Source: a virus (taxonomy: Duplodnaviria > Caudoviricetes). From it: DNA of 64,000 nt. The notes beneath the pieces are model-generated. The model did not search any database. It saw only the letters and a list, made by a program, of their open reading frames with translations, and was not told the DNA's origin. Below are positions 29,367 to 39,420 of this stretch, piece after piece. The stretch is from IMG/VR virus record IMGVR_UViG_3300033067_002132, positions 129,746 through 193,745 of that record. One strand, given 5' to 3'. Each line of letters opens with the position of its first letter. Position 1 is the first letter of the stretch. The position numbers and the translations under genes are program-made.

Positions 29367-31943
29367 TTATTCCTCTTGTTCGTCTTTTAAATCACTTAAT
29401 TTCATATAAATTTGCCAATCTTGAATAATGGCATTTTTTACAAAAATAGTATTCGTATCCTTCTTTTTACCACCTATGATTACTATATTACCTTCTTTTG
29501 GTTCGTTTCCTCTATTTTTTTCTATACATTCTTGAATATTATCATTAAAAATATAGTTATGAAGAGTATTACCTACTTCATCAGAAATAACCATTTTAAT
29601 ATAATCATTATTATTTTTAGATTTTTGTTTAACAACCTTTTCAATAATACCAACAAAAGTTACCGTCGATCTTTCTGGTTTATCTACCACTTCTGCTAAA
29701 GTATTTAATCCATAAATACCATTATCTCCAGGATTTTTTGCACAAAAGATTTCATGAAGAGTATATTTATATGAATATCCTAAAAGAGTTCTTTCATAAA
29801 ACCAATTCGCAAAGATTTCGTTTGTACTATTTTTATCATAGATCTCTTTATACGGAGTATATTTAGAACGCAATGTTTCTAATCTAGTTTCTTTAATTAT
29901 AGGTTTTCCTTTTTCATCCATCGTTTTAGATAAATGTTTAATAATATTAAATAAATCATATTCAAATTGTTCACCAATTTTTAAAGCATATTCTTTTTCT
30001 TTTTTAGTTAAACATCTCCAAATTTGTACTTCTAATACTAATTTACTTCTAGAATTTTTATAACCTTCTAGTGCTCCTGATTGAATTAAGGCGGATAATG
30101 TACCAACAGATAATCCGGCTTGTTCCGCCGCAACAAAGACTTGAAATTTATTAGCAAATTCATTACTAAAATTTCTAACTTTAATAATCGTTTTATCAGA
30201 AACCCCTTTAATAGAAGATAAACCAAACCTGATATTGTTTCCCTCAATCTTAAAATCAACATCAGATTTGGTCAGGTGTGGTGGCAAAAGTTCTATACCA
30301 AAAAATGGTAATTCTCTTGCAATGTTTCTTATTTCTTCTATCGGTTTGGGAAATTTATCTACTCGTTTTAAACAGGCAGTATAAAATTGTAGCGGATATT
30401 TATATTTAAGATAAACAGTTAATGCGGTTATATAACTCGTAGATAATGAATGACTTGCATTAAACGAATATTTTGAAGAATCATCTAAAATTTTCCATAA
30501 AATATCACCAATAGAACTATCAAAATTATTGTTCTTGCATTTTTCGTAGATTTTTTCTTTCCATTCTTTTACTTCATCTACTTTCTTTTTTCCAACAATA
30601 CGCCTTAATAATTCAGATTCTTCTGGGGTAAATCCAATTATCATAGCCATTTGCATCATTTGTTCCTGATACAAACATAAATTCCTAGTAGGTAATAAAA
30701 CCTTTTCAAAGGCTGCATGTGGACATATAGCTGTATTATCTACATAATCATCAATATATGCTGAGGCACCCGGACGCGCTAAAGCATTGACATCAGAAAG
30801 TTCATAAATATTTTTAGGTTTTACCTGATTTGTTACTCTTAAAGCAAAATCTGCGCTTATTTGATATAATCCATAAGGCAATAACAGTCCATTTTGAAAC
30901 TGATTATATACAATAGGATTATTATCTAATTCTATATCTTCAACCTTTTCAGGAATATTATGAATAATATCATTAATAATTTCGTCTGAAGTTAAACCTA
31001 ATAAATCTAATTTAATAGCAAAATTTGCCGCATCGTCTTTAGAAAATCCTACCATTAATTCTTTTTCTTTGTTTAATTCTAAGGGTATTTCTCCCTCTAA
31101 TGGATTAAATGAAATAAGATATCCAGAAGCATGACATGATTTTTGTTTAATGATATCTCTTAATTTTAAAGCTATATTAAATGTTTTAGGATTATCTTCT
31201 GACCATTTTTTAAAATCATTGTTTTTTTCCGGCATCTCTCCTATGTCTTCAACAATACCTGCATTTTTTTCAACTAGATTTGCGAGGTCTTTTGCGTCAT
31301 CTTCACTGATACCATCTACTATTTTTGCGACATCTTTAACTAAAAGTTTGCCCGTAAACGTAGAAAGATTTAAAATTTTACAAATTTTACCTTTATAAAT
31401 TTCATTTAACCAATTAATAATTTCTTGACGGACACCACCAATATTAATATCTACATCAGGTGCTAAATCCCCTTTAATATAAATAATATTGTCTACTACT
31501 TTCTTTTTTGCTCTAACTTTTGATATAAACCTTGAAAAAATTAGTCTTTTATCTATTGGATCTACACCTGTGACACCTAATAAAAAGAAGATTAAAGATG
31601 CGCCACAACTACCTCTGCCTGCATCAATAAAAGCGTCTAAATTACGCATTTTATTAATAACCATCCAAACTAATAAAAAATAATCCACGAAATCTAATTC
31701 ATGAATTAAATCTAATTCTAGTTTAATTCTATCTTCATATTCTTTTAATCTAGATTTATTAAATTTATCTTTTTTCTCTTTCCATCCTTGACGGCATAAA
31801 GCCTTTAAGAAATCAAAATTACTAATATTTTTATCTACATGAAGATTTTCTTTATCTTTATCAGTAATAATAACTTCTGGTAATCTAACATAACCAAAAT
31901 TAGGAAAATTATATTTTTCAAATTTTATATCTGTAAATTGCAT
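29367..31943 (-). CDS. dnaE: DNA polymerase III alpha catalytic subunit lacking the PHP domain
   Basis: FVDYFL, GRGS, PDVDI, CHASG, KLDLLGL, LYQEQMM, YSFNASHS, IRFGLSSIKG, C-terminal OB fold; start at ATG 31943. Confidence 0.93.
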   Translation of the reverse strand: MQFTDIKFEKYNFPNFGYVRLPEVIITDKDKENLHVDKNISNFDFLKALCRQGWKEKKDKFNKSRLKEYEDRIKLELDLIHELDFVDYFLLVWMVINKMRNLDAFIDAGRGSCGASLIFFLLGVTGVDPIDKRLIFSRFISKVRAKKKVVDNIIYIKGDLAPDVDINIGGVRQEIINWLNEIYKGKICKILNLSTFTGKLLVKDVAKIVDGISEDDAKDLANLVEKNAGIVEDIGEMPEKNNDFKKWSEDNPKTFNIALKLRDIIKQKSCHASGYLISFNPLEGEIPLELNKEKELMVGFSKDDAANFAIKLDLLGLTSDEIINDIIHNIPEKVEDIELDNNPIVYNQFQNGLLLPYGLYQISADFALRVTNQVKPKNIYELSDVNALARPGASAYIDDYVDNTAICPHAAFEKVLLPTRNLCLYQEQMMQMAMIIGFTPEESELLRRIVGKKKVDEVKEWKEKIYEKCKNNNFDSSIGDILWKILDDSSKYSFNASHSLSTSYITALTVYLKYKYPLQFYTACLKRVDKFPKPIEEIRNIARELPFFGIELLPPHLTKSDVDFKIEGNNIRFGLSSIKGVSDKTIIKVRNFSNEFANKFQVFVAAEQAGLSVGTLSALIQSGALEGYKNSRSKLVLEVQIWRCLTKKEKEYALKIGEQFEYDLFNIIKHLSKTMDEKGKPIIKETRLETLRSKYTPYKEIYDKNSTNEIFANWFYERTLLGYSYKYTLHEIFCAKNPGDNGIYGLNTLAEVVDKPERSTVTFVGIIEKVVKQKSKNNNDYIKMVISDEVGNTLHNYIFNDNIQECIEKNRGNEPKEGNIVIIGGKKKDTNTIFVKNAIIQDWQIYMKLSDLKDEQEE

Positions 31944-31945
31944 AA

Positions 31946-32587
31946 TTAAATATCTATTTCCCAAACCATTTGATTCCAAATTTGCCAATTTAATTTTACG
32001 TCTTCTTCTGCGTTGTGAAGTTTCTCAGGATCAAAATCGATTTTATATTTATTTCCTAATACGGTTAAATTCGTTTTTAAACCTTTTTGTTTATGATTAA
32101 GCATAGAATATTGAAAAGCTAATTCATCTTCTCCTTCTCTTGGTTTTACTCCTAATTCAATAGCTTTAGCAATAGCATTAGTATCAATACATCTATGTAT
32201 AAAAGAATAATCTGATTTTAATCCTAATAATTTTCGATAAATTTCTAATAGATAAACATCAAATCCTAAAATATTGTGACCCAAAATAATATATTCTTGA
32301 TTATATAAATATTTGGCTAATATATCATATATAAGTTTTGGATCTTCAGCTTTTTCTTCATATATTTTTTTATCAAAATGAGTAACTCTTGCTGCTCCTT
32401 CGGTTATATTTAAAGGAGACCATTTAATCATATGAGATTTTACTTCTAATATATGTTTACCTTCTCCTACTATATATCCTACTTGCCAAGGTTTATTATC
32501 TGTAGAAGCAAGATTTAAATGACAAGTTTCTAAATCAAAGAGAAAATATTTTTGCTTATCTTGAAAACGAAGTAAATTTTTTTGCAT
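31946..32587 (-). CDS. DEDDh 3'-5' exonuclease (DnaQ-like)
   Basis: FDLET, GHNILGFD, IDT, LHNAEED. Confidence 0.88.
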   Translation of the reverse strand: MQKNLLRFQDKQKYFLFDLETCHLNLASTDNKPWQVGYIVGEGKHILEVKSHMIKWSPLNITEGAARVTHFDKKIYEEKAEDPKLIYDILAKYLYNQEYIILGHNILGFDVYLLEIYRKLLGLKSDYSFIHRCIDTNAIAKAIELGVKPREGEDELAFQYSMLNHKQKGLKTNLTVLGNKYKIDFDPEKLHNAEEDVKLNWQIWNQMVWEIDI

Positions 32588-32590
32588 ATT

Positions 32591-33349
32591 TTATAATTTT
32601 AAATAGGATTCGAAAGAAAATTTATTGCTTCCAAAATGTTCTAAATTTGGTTCAGTTAACAATGTTCTTCGTTCAGGATTCGTTGCACATCTAAATGTCA
32701 TATAAGCTTCTAAATCATCTTCAGAATAATAATATATTGAATGACTATTAATAATATTTTTAGAAAAATTTTGAACTTGATTAGTAATTAATTGAGTAAA
32801 TGGAAGTTCATGATTTTCTATATGAAAGAAAATATTAGAAAAATCTATAGAAGGAAGACAAGTATGACGTTTTAAATTATTATTAAATAGAAATGAATCA
32901 TAGAATGGAATCGTTAATACGATATTTTCTGTTAACATCTTTTCTAAAGTTTTCCAATCTAATCTTGGTTCATAATAAAACCCATTAGTTGCCGCTAAAC
33001 TATATATTTTAATTAAATCTGAATATCCTTTATTATTTTTAATCCATAGATTAACTTTACATTCGGTTTTTAAAGATTCATTACTTTTATCATTAATATC
33101 ATTGCATATCAATAATTTAATACCAAATCTAAAAGGTATATTAGAAGTGTTAGAATTATTATAAGCTTCTACGAAACCAGAAAAAGAAGTTTCTAACAAG
33201 AAGATTTCTGAAAGATTATTTATTTTTGCTATAGAAAAAATAGAAATAGAAGAATCATTTCTTATTTCTTTTTCTGGAGATCCTAAAGTTAAGATACTTT
33301 TTCCTATACTATAATGACTAGTAAAAATTGGAATATTTATTTTATTCAT
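32591..33349 (-). CDS. Stand-alone PHP domain of Pol III alpha
   Basis: FTSHYSIGKSIL, FGIKL, KNNKGYSDLIKIYS, FYYEPRLD. Confidence 0.8.
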   Translation of the reverse strand: MNKINIPIFTSHYSIGKSILTLGSPEKEIRNDSSISIFSIAKINNLSEIFLLETSFSGFVEAYNNSNTSNIPFRFGIKLLICNDINDKSNESLKTECKVNLWIKNNKGYSDLIKIYSLAATNGFYYEPRLDWKTLEKMLTENIVLTIPFYDSFLFNNNLKRHTCLPSIDFSNIFFHIENHELPFTQLITNQVQNFSKNIINSHSIYYYSEDDLEAYMTFRCATNPERRTLLTEPNLEHFGSNKFSFESYLKL

Positions 33350-33803
33350 TATTTTCGTCTGTTTCTTCTTCGTTTAGTCCATCTTCTTGAGAGGTTTTTA
33401 ATAAATAAATTGGTAATGTATTTAAAACATTTACCGTATATGTTAAACTATCTACTGTTTTAATATTATAACAAACTTCTAATTTTTCATCTTGTATTAA
33501 CATTAACACATATTGAAAACCTTGAATTTTAATTTTTTCTAAATTTTTATTAATAAACTCGTTTGCAGATCCAGAACTACCTATTTTTAAATTAGAAATT
33601 GTATATTTAATAAGTTTAGGTATAATATCAGAAAGTGTATTTTCATCAAATTCACTATTCGTTACTTGCACCTTATTAATATTTTTAGAAGTAGACTGTA
33701 AAAAATAATTTATATAATCAATACCATTTTCGTTTAAATAATCTAAAATATCATAACAAAAATCCATCGATTCGAATTTATCTATCTGTGTTGATTGTGC
33801 CAT
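33342..33803 (-). CDS. Hypothetical protein
   Basis: Intact ORF, coupled to neighbours. Confidence 0.6.
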   Translation of the reverse strand: MAQSTQIDKFESMDFCYDILDYLNENGIDYINYFLQSTSKNINKVQVTNSEFDENTLSDIIPKLIKYTISNLKIGSSGSANEFINKNLEKIKIQGFQYVLMLIQDEKLEVCYNIKTVDSLTYTVNVLNTLPIYLLKTSQEDGLNEEETDENNE

Positions 33804-33811
33804 ATTTTTAT

Positions 33812-34537
33812 TTAAAAGTCAAAAGCATTATTAATTCTATATTTATCTAACATTTTTTTAACATCTTTTATTAGATAATTAACATTATGAACTTCTAAAA
33901 TATTACTTCTTGGATTTATATAAAATATTGCTAATTTATTTATCCAAAATCCATATTGTTCTAACATGTAAGCATACAGACTTAATTGTATGGAGTAATG
34001 ATTAAAATTACAATGTTCCAAAGCATGAAGAGGTGCTTTCATATACTGCCTCCAATTAGATTTTTTTTCTAACTTCTTATTAGTTTTAAAATCATAGATA
34101 TTTATTTTTTTATTAGGAAATAATTCTATTAAATCAGTTGTTCCTGCTATTTTATGAGTTTTATTAATTAATACGCATTCGGAATATAATTTTCCTTTTA
34201 AATGTAAATCTTGAAATTGCTTTATAAAAACTTTATTAACACCATCGGCAACCACACCAGTATTAATATAATTTTCCATATCTGAATGGAATTTATGACC
34301 TTTGTAATTAGCGTCATCTCTTATTTGATCCCATTCTTTTCTTAATTCTTCTACAGTAATTCCTTTTTTTTCCGCACATTTAGTTATAATAGATCCATTC
34401 GGATCAAAAGGAGGTTTAAATAAAGTAATTAAACTACTTACTGATAAAAATGGTTGATTATCTAATGATTTATATGTATGAGACTCTTCATCAAAAAGAA
34501 TTCTCTCATTAATTAATTTACATTCTTTTTCAACCAT
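33812..34537 (-). CDS. PD-(D/E)XK exonuclease
   Basis: SVSSLI, GHKFH, IAGTTDL, IYDFKTNK, YSIQLSLY. Confidence 0.85.
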   Translation of the reverse strand: MVEKECKLINERILFDEESHTYKSLDNQPFLSVSSLITLFKPPFDPNGSIITKCAEKKGITVEELRKEWDQIRDDANYKGHKFHSDMENYINTGVVADGVNKVFIKQFQDLHLKGKLYSECVLINKTHKIAGTTDLIELFPNKKINIYDFKTNKKLEKKSNWRQYMKAPLHALEHCNFNHYSIQLSLYAYMLEQYGFWINKLAIFYINPRSNILEVHNVNYLIKDVKKMLDKYRINNAFDF

Positions 34538-34538
34538 A

Positions 34539-35417
34539 TTATTTAAAAGTTACCATTTCTTTAATCATTTCTTCTATAGAAAGAATGTTATTAGCCCATA
34601 ATAATCTATTAACTTCTGGATAATTAGTTGTTAATGTTCTATTAATAGTATCTAATGTTCCACTACAAAAAATATTTGCTTTAGTCTGATAATACTGATT
34701 TAAATAAGATAATAATCCATATTTAGTAATAGAAGCTTTTGGTACAATATGAAAAGTTCCAGATCTTGGAGATAAATTATTTTCTATAAGATTCTTACAT
34801 ATTTTACCAAATTGTAATGCGGTAATTCCATTCCAAAAATGATTATTATAACCAGTAATTAATTCTTTTTGTTTTGCTTGATTTAAAAACCATTCTACTA
34901 ATGAATTTTTAGTTTCTAATTCTCTCCCAATAATAGAACATCTTAAATTATAAAAATTATTATTACAAACTTCTCCTAATGATTTAGTTTTACCATAAAC
35001 ATCATCCGCATTATGTATACAATGTTCATGATAATATTCTGTATAAGTACCAATTCCTTTTCCAGAGAAAACACCATCAGTTGCTATATTAATAATTTTA
35101 ATACCGAATTCTGCAAAACTTTTAGATAAAGCATAAGGTAAAAGTGAATTAATTTGAATAGCTTCAAGATTATTATTCGTTTCTTTTAAATTTTGTGAAG
35201 TTATTCCGACCGCATTAATAATAAATTCGGTTTCATAAATATCATCTACCCAAATTTTATTAAATTCTCTATATTCTATATTAGATCTATCAATATAATG
35301 TCTCTTTAATTTATCGATATTACGACAATATGCAATTACTTTCCATCCAATAGAAGAAAAATAATTAACCAAATTATGACCTAATAAACCTGTTGCTCCT
35401 AAAATTTTAATTTTCAT
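34539..35417 (-). CDS. RmlD-like NDP-4-keto-sugar reductase
   Basis: ILGATGLLG, IATDGVFSG, YGKTKSLGE, RCSIIG; start at ATG 35417. Confidence 0.82.
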   Translation of the reverse strand: MKIKILGATGLLGHNLVNYFSSIGWKVIAYCRNIDKLKRHYIDRSNIEYREFNKIWVDDIYETEFIINAVGITSQNLKETNNNLEAIQINSLLPYALSKSFAEFGIKIINIATDGVFSGKGIGTYTEYYHEHCIHNADDVYGKTKSLGEVCNNNFYNLRCSIIGRELETKNSLVEWFLNQAKQKELITGYNNHFWNGITALQFGKICKNLIENNLSPRSGTFHIVPKASITKYGLLSYLNQYYQTKANIFCSGTLDTINRTLTTNYPEVNRLLWANNILSIEEMIKEMVTFK

Positions 35418-36372
35418 AAAGTTTTTCTTGTAATTCTTTATACCATTGTTTATTTTCTTCTGTTGTTTGTTCTCCAAAATCTTTTTTAAATGGTAAAAAT
35501 ATTTCTAATTGATTCGGATCAAAATATTTTGATAGTTTTTTATAAACTTTTTCGGAAGCTATATTTCCTATTGATTTATTATTTAATTCATTATTTAAAC
35601 TAATAATAATTTTATTAGGATCTAATTTTAAAATCTCATTTATTAATTCAAAAGAAATATCTGTTCCGAAAATACATAAAGTATTTTTTATACCATCATC
35701 CCATAATTTCATTACACAATGAGAACTTTCTACTAATATAATTTCTTTTTTATTAATTAAGATACTTTTATTTAAAAATAACGGCCATTTAAAATTATTT
35801 TTACTTCCAAGGGTTTTATATTTAGGACGTTCGGTTTTTTTAAAGTTTAATGTATCTCTTCCAATAAAACCTACAATTAAAGAAGCATTTTCATTAAAGA
35901 TAGGTAAAACATATCTTCCTTGCATTTTACCTTTTTCTGCTATTCCACCACGAAATTCTTTAAGTGTTTCTTCGCTAATACCCCTATCTATCCAATAATT
36001 ATGAATAGGAAAAAGTTCATTTAAAATTGATATAGGATATGTTTCTGGCATATGAATTAATGTTTTAGTATATACAGGATTTTCATAACCTAAAATTTCA
36101 TTATTTTCTGATAAAACTTTTGAAACTTTATTTATCGGTATATTTAAAGTAAGACTTACTAATTTTTGTAATGTTCCTTTTTCTCCTGTTACATAATCTA
36201 CAAATTTATTTTGTTTAGGATAAATAACTAAACTTCTAGGGCTTTCTCCATCTCTATATATTGCTTTAGAAAGATAATAATTTGAACGTTTCGTGAATTC
36301 ATAACCAAGTTTCTCTAATATTTCTATTAAAGATCCTCCATTTTTACAAATCTCTATTGTCTTCTGGTTCAT
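35407..36372 (-). CDS. dnaG: DnaG-like primase (divergent)
   Basis: YWIDRGIS, RYVLPIF..IVGFIGR, PKY, TOPRIM IILVES; adjacent to dnaB. Confidence 0.75.
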   Translation of the reverse strand: MNQKTIEICKNGGSLIEILEKLGYEFTKRSNYYLSKAIYRDGESPRSLVIYPKQNKFVDYVTGEKGTLQKLVSLTLNIPINKVSKVLSENNEILGYENPVYTKTLIHMPETYPISILNELFPIHNYWIDRGISEETLKEFRGGIAEKGKMQGRYVLPIFNENASLIVGFIGRDTLNFKKTERPKYKTLGSKNNFKWPLFLNKSILINKKEIILVESSHCVMKLWDDGIKNTLCIFGTDISFELINEILKLDPNKIIISLNNELNNKSIGNIASEKVYKKLSKYFDPNQLEIFLPFKKDFGEQTTEENKQWYKELQEKLYEN

Positions 36373-37828
36373 TTCCTTGAATAACTCTTAATTCTTGATT
36401 TCGTAAAATTAATTTCAAATCACCATGTTCTGTTACTTTAAAATTTTCTACTGTATAATTTAAAAAATTTCTAACATACTTTGGATTACCATTATGATCT
36501 TGTGTTCGAATTAAATCATGATGTCCAAAAGCTTCTCTTCCTTGAAATCTATATTTTAATGGAATTAAAGCATGCGTACCAAATTGTTGTCCATGTTCTT
36601 GTATTTCTTCTAATCGTTTTCTTCTAAAAATACCAACAAAAGTTGCAAACCATAATAAACGATCAGAAAGAGCAATAGCACTACTATCGTCTGTACCTGT
36701 TTCTGCTGTTCTATTTAATTGACAAGCTGTTAATAATGGCACATTTAACTCTAATGATAATTCTTTTAAACTATTAACTTTTTCACCAATTAATTGATAT
36801 TCTTTTAATTGATTATCTTTTTCGCCAGTTATTTTAATATAATCATAAACTATAATACAAGATTCGCCCTTTTCTTTATTAATATGTTTATAATACCAAC
36901 GTCTAATTAATGAACATAATTCTTGAATTGGTTTACCTGCTACATTTAAATGATAAACAGGATTGTTTTCTTTAATAATTTTTTTCGCTTTATTCCAAGA
37001 TTCTACATATTCTTTTTTATTAATCCAATTACCTGTTTCAAGCCACCATTGAGGAATATTAGAAATCGCAGATGCGACGCGAAATTTAATATCTTCCGTT
37101 TGCATTTCTGTATCTAATATTAAAGCCTTGCAACCAGGATTTAATTGAGTGGCTTGAATAGCTAAATCATCTAAATACGTAGTTTTTCCTTCTCCACTAC
37201 GACTTACGAAAGCATAAATATTTCCTGTTCTTAATCCACCGAATTTCAAATTAAAATCTTTATGAGGAGTAATTAAACCCATTTCACTTACAGGATTTTT
37301 TGCTAAACTTTCAATTAGATCAATTGTATTTGCTAATAATAATTTAGGAGAATCTTTAACAGAAGAAAGTTTAACTGTTTCATGATACATTTTATCAATA
37401 TTATCAATAATTTCTTCTATAGGCTTATTAATATTATTCTTGACTTCTTTAATTATATTTTCACCGGTTTTAAAAATATCACGACATAATCTTAATTTTT
37501 CCAAGTCTTTCGCAGTTTCTAAACATCCATTTTTACTAATAGTAATAAAAGTAAAAGTATTTAAATAATCAAAGATGTTTATATTATCGTCAAATTTAAT
37601 ACCTAAATCATTAATTTTATTTGCTATTAATACAATATCTAATGATTCACCTCTTCTTTCACCTTTACATATTAAATTACCAATAACATTATAAATTGCT
37701 TTATGTACGTTATTAAAGAATAATTCATCCGTATATATTTGATTAATTTCAAAATAAAGATCTGGATATTTAATTAATCCAGATAATACGTGTCTTTCTG
37801 ATTGAAGTGAATTTAATTTATCTTGCAT
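36344..37828 (-). CDS. dnaB: Replicative helicase
   Basis: SRSGEGKT, LDTEM, VYDYIK, ACQLNR, SDRLLW; start at ATG 37828. Confidence 0.9.
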   Translation of the reverse strand: MQDKLNSLQSERHVLSGLIKYPDLYFEINQIYTDELFFNNVHKAIYNVIGNLICKGERRGESLDIVLIANKINDLGIKFDDNINIFDYLNTFTFITISKNGCLETAKDLEKLRLCRDIFKTGENIIKEVKNNINKPIEEIIDNIDKMYHETVKLSSVKDSPKLLLANTIDLIESLAKNPVSEMGLITPHKDFNLKFGGLRTGNIYAFVSRSGEGKTTYLDDLAIQATQLNPGCKALILDTEMQTEDIKFRVASAISNIPQWWLETGNWINKKEYVESWNKAKKIIKENNPVYHLNVAGKPIQELCSLIRRWYYKHINKEKGESCIIVYDYIKITGEKDNQLKEYQLIGEKVNSLKELSLELNVPLLTACQLNRTAETGTDDSSAIALSDRLLWFATFVGIFRRKRLEEIQEHGQQFGTHALIPLKYRFQGREAFGHHDLIRTQDHNGNPKYVRNFLNYTVENFKVTEHGDLKLILRNQELRVIQGNEPEDNRDL

Positions 37829-37829
37829 A

Positions 37830-38249
37830 TTAAGGAATAAAAATTCCAAATCTTTCTTTTATATAATCGACCGATAATTTATCTACATCTTCTGTAATTA
37901 ATTCAATAACTTTAAAACTATTTGTTTCTAACCAATTATATTTAATCATATCCCTTTTAATAGACGATACATAACCCGATCTAGATCCATGAAAAAATTT
38001 ATTATAAGCAAAATGCTGATCTCCTTGAACTTCAATAGCTATTTTTTTATTTAAATTAATAATATCACATTTTAATCTAGTTTGTGGAATTTTAAATTCT
38101 TCTAATACTATATGGGATTTCCAATAAGTATGTAAAAATATTTTAACCCTAGTTTGTAAAATAGACCGGGAAGGTGAAAACCAGTCTATTCTATAATTAT
38201 TTATATTTACATTTAATTCTTTTTGACCATTTAAAGATAAAAATTTCAT
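37830..38249 (-). CDS. DUF559/Vsr-like endonuclease
   Basis: CDI...IAIEVQGDQH...RDMIKYNW. Confidence 0.7.
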   Translation of the reverse strand: MKFLSLNGQKELNVNINNYRIDWFSPSRSILQTRVKIFLHTYWKSHIVLEEFKIPQTRLKCDIINLNKKIAIEVQGDQHFAYNKFFHGSRSGYVSSIKRDMIKYNWLETNSFKVIELITEDVDKLSVDYIKERFGIFIP

Positions 38250-39407
38250 TTAATATTCGGATAATAAAGCAGATGAAATTTCTAAAACGTGTTGATATAA
38301 AATATTTGTTGCCTCTTCGTTTTCTTGAAGAAACTCAATAAAACTATCTTCACCTTGATATTTTGGTTGTATAACTATATTTTTATCAGCTAATAATTTA
38401 ATAATACTTTCATCTATTGTATACCAAGAACCTCCCTTTGATACTTTAGCATAGGCTAATAACATATCAAAGACTTCTCTTTCACGCCAAATATATTTTC
38501 CAATTGGTGCATTTCTTCGAATAGGATATTCAATTAGATCTCCACTTGTATCATTTTGGGTTTTTCTTAAATAGATTTTACATTTATGACCAAGAATTTT
38601 ATCTTCGCCATTAACGGTTTCAATAATAAGATTAGTTTTAGCATTATGTTGTTGAAATTCAAATACCCAATCAGAACCATGAACTAAAGCGTGGGCACCA
38701 GAAGCATTAGTCATAGCATTTGGATCGGGTTTTTGATACATCTGCACGATTTTAGATCTGACTTGACTAATAAAAAATCCTATATGACCACATTTTCTCA
38801 TGGCCATACTAAATCTCTCAAGAAATCTCGTAGTTAATGCAGCTTTATGTAATCCAGAAATTTGATTAACTTCTTCTGCATTCGTATTGGCTACATCATC
38901 TGGAATTAATGAATCTAAAGAATCCACCACAAAGAAAAATCTTTTAGTAGATCCAATATTTGTTTTAACTAACTGTCTCATTAAATCAATAGACATTTCA
39001 TAAGAATTTGTAGTTAATACGAAACATGTCCCTGGAGTAAAATCTTCTATTTTATTTACAAATTTTATAGGATATCTCGATTTTATAATAGGATTTAATC
39101 TAGATTCTGCATCGATATACACTCCATAACTATCTGGTACGGTTTTAAGAAAATTTGTCATAAATGAAAGAGTACAAGACGTTTTACCACTTTCACTAGG
39201 ACCTGTTAATCTAACTAAAGAAGGGGAAACTCCACCTCCTATTTTTGTATCAAAATTTAAACTACCACTTGATACTTTATATTTTGGTGTTTCTACATCA
39301 TTAAAATGTTGACCGTCAAATTTTTTTAATACATCTCCAACCGTATCTTGAACATTTACTGATTTATCTTCTGTTTTTTCTGTTTTTTCTTTTGGTAGTC
39401 TTCCCAT
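38250..39407 (-). CDS. recA: RecA/UvsX-like recombinase
   Basis: SSGSLNFD..IGGG, GPSESGKT, YIDAE, VVDSLDSL, ISQVR, GGSWY. Confidence 0.88.
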   Translation of the reverse strand: MGRLPKEKTEKTEDKSVNVQDTVGDVLKKFDGQHFNDVETPKYKVSSGSLNFDTKIGGGVSPSLVRLTGPSESGKTSCTLSFMTNFLKTVPDSYGVYIDAESRLNPIIKSRYPIKFVNKIEDFTPGTCFVLTTNSYEMSIDLMRQLVKTNIGSTKRFFFVVDSLDSLIPDDVANTNAEEVNQISGLHKAALTTRFLERFSMAMRKCGHIGFFISQVRSKIVQMYQKPDPNAMTNASGAHALVHGSDWVFEFQQHNAKTNLIIETVNGEDKILGHKCKIYLRKTQNDTSGDLIEYPIRRNAPIGKYIWREREVFDMLLAYAKVSKGGSWYTIDESIIKLLADKNIVIQPKYQGEDSFIEFLQENEEATNILYQHVLEISSALLSEY

Positions 39408-39420
39408 AGTCTTTATACTC

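Noticed and set aside
33812-34537. Cas4 as part of a CRISPR locus
   Set aside because: No Fe-S cysteine set, no array, no other cas genes; ordinary phage PD-(D/E)XK nuclease
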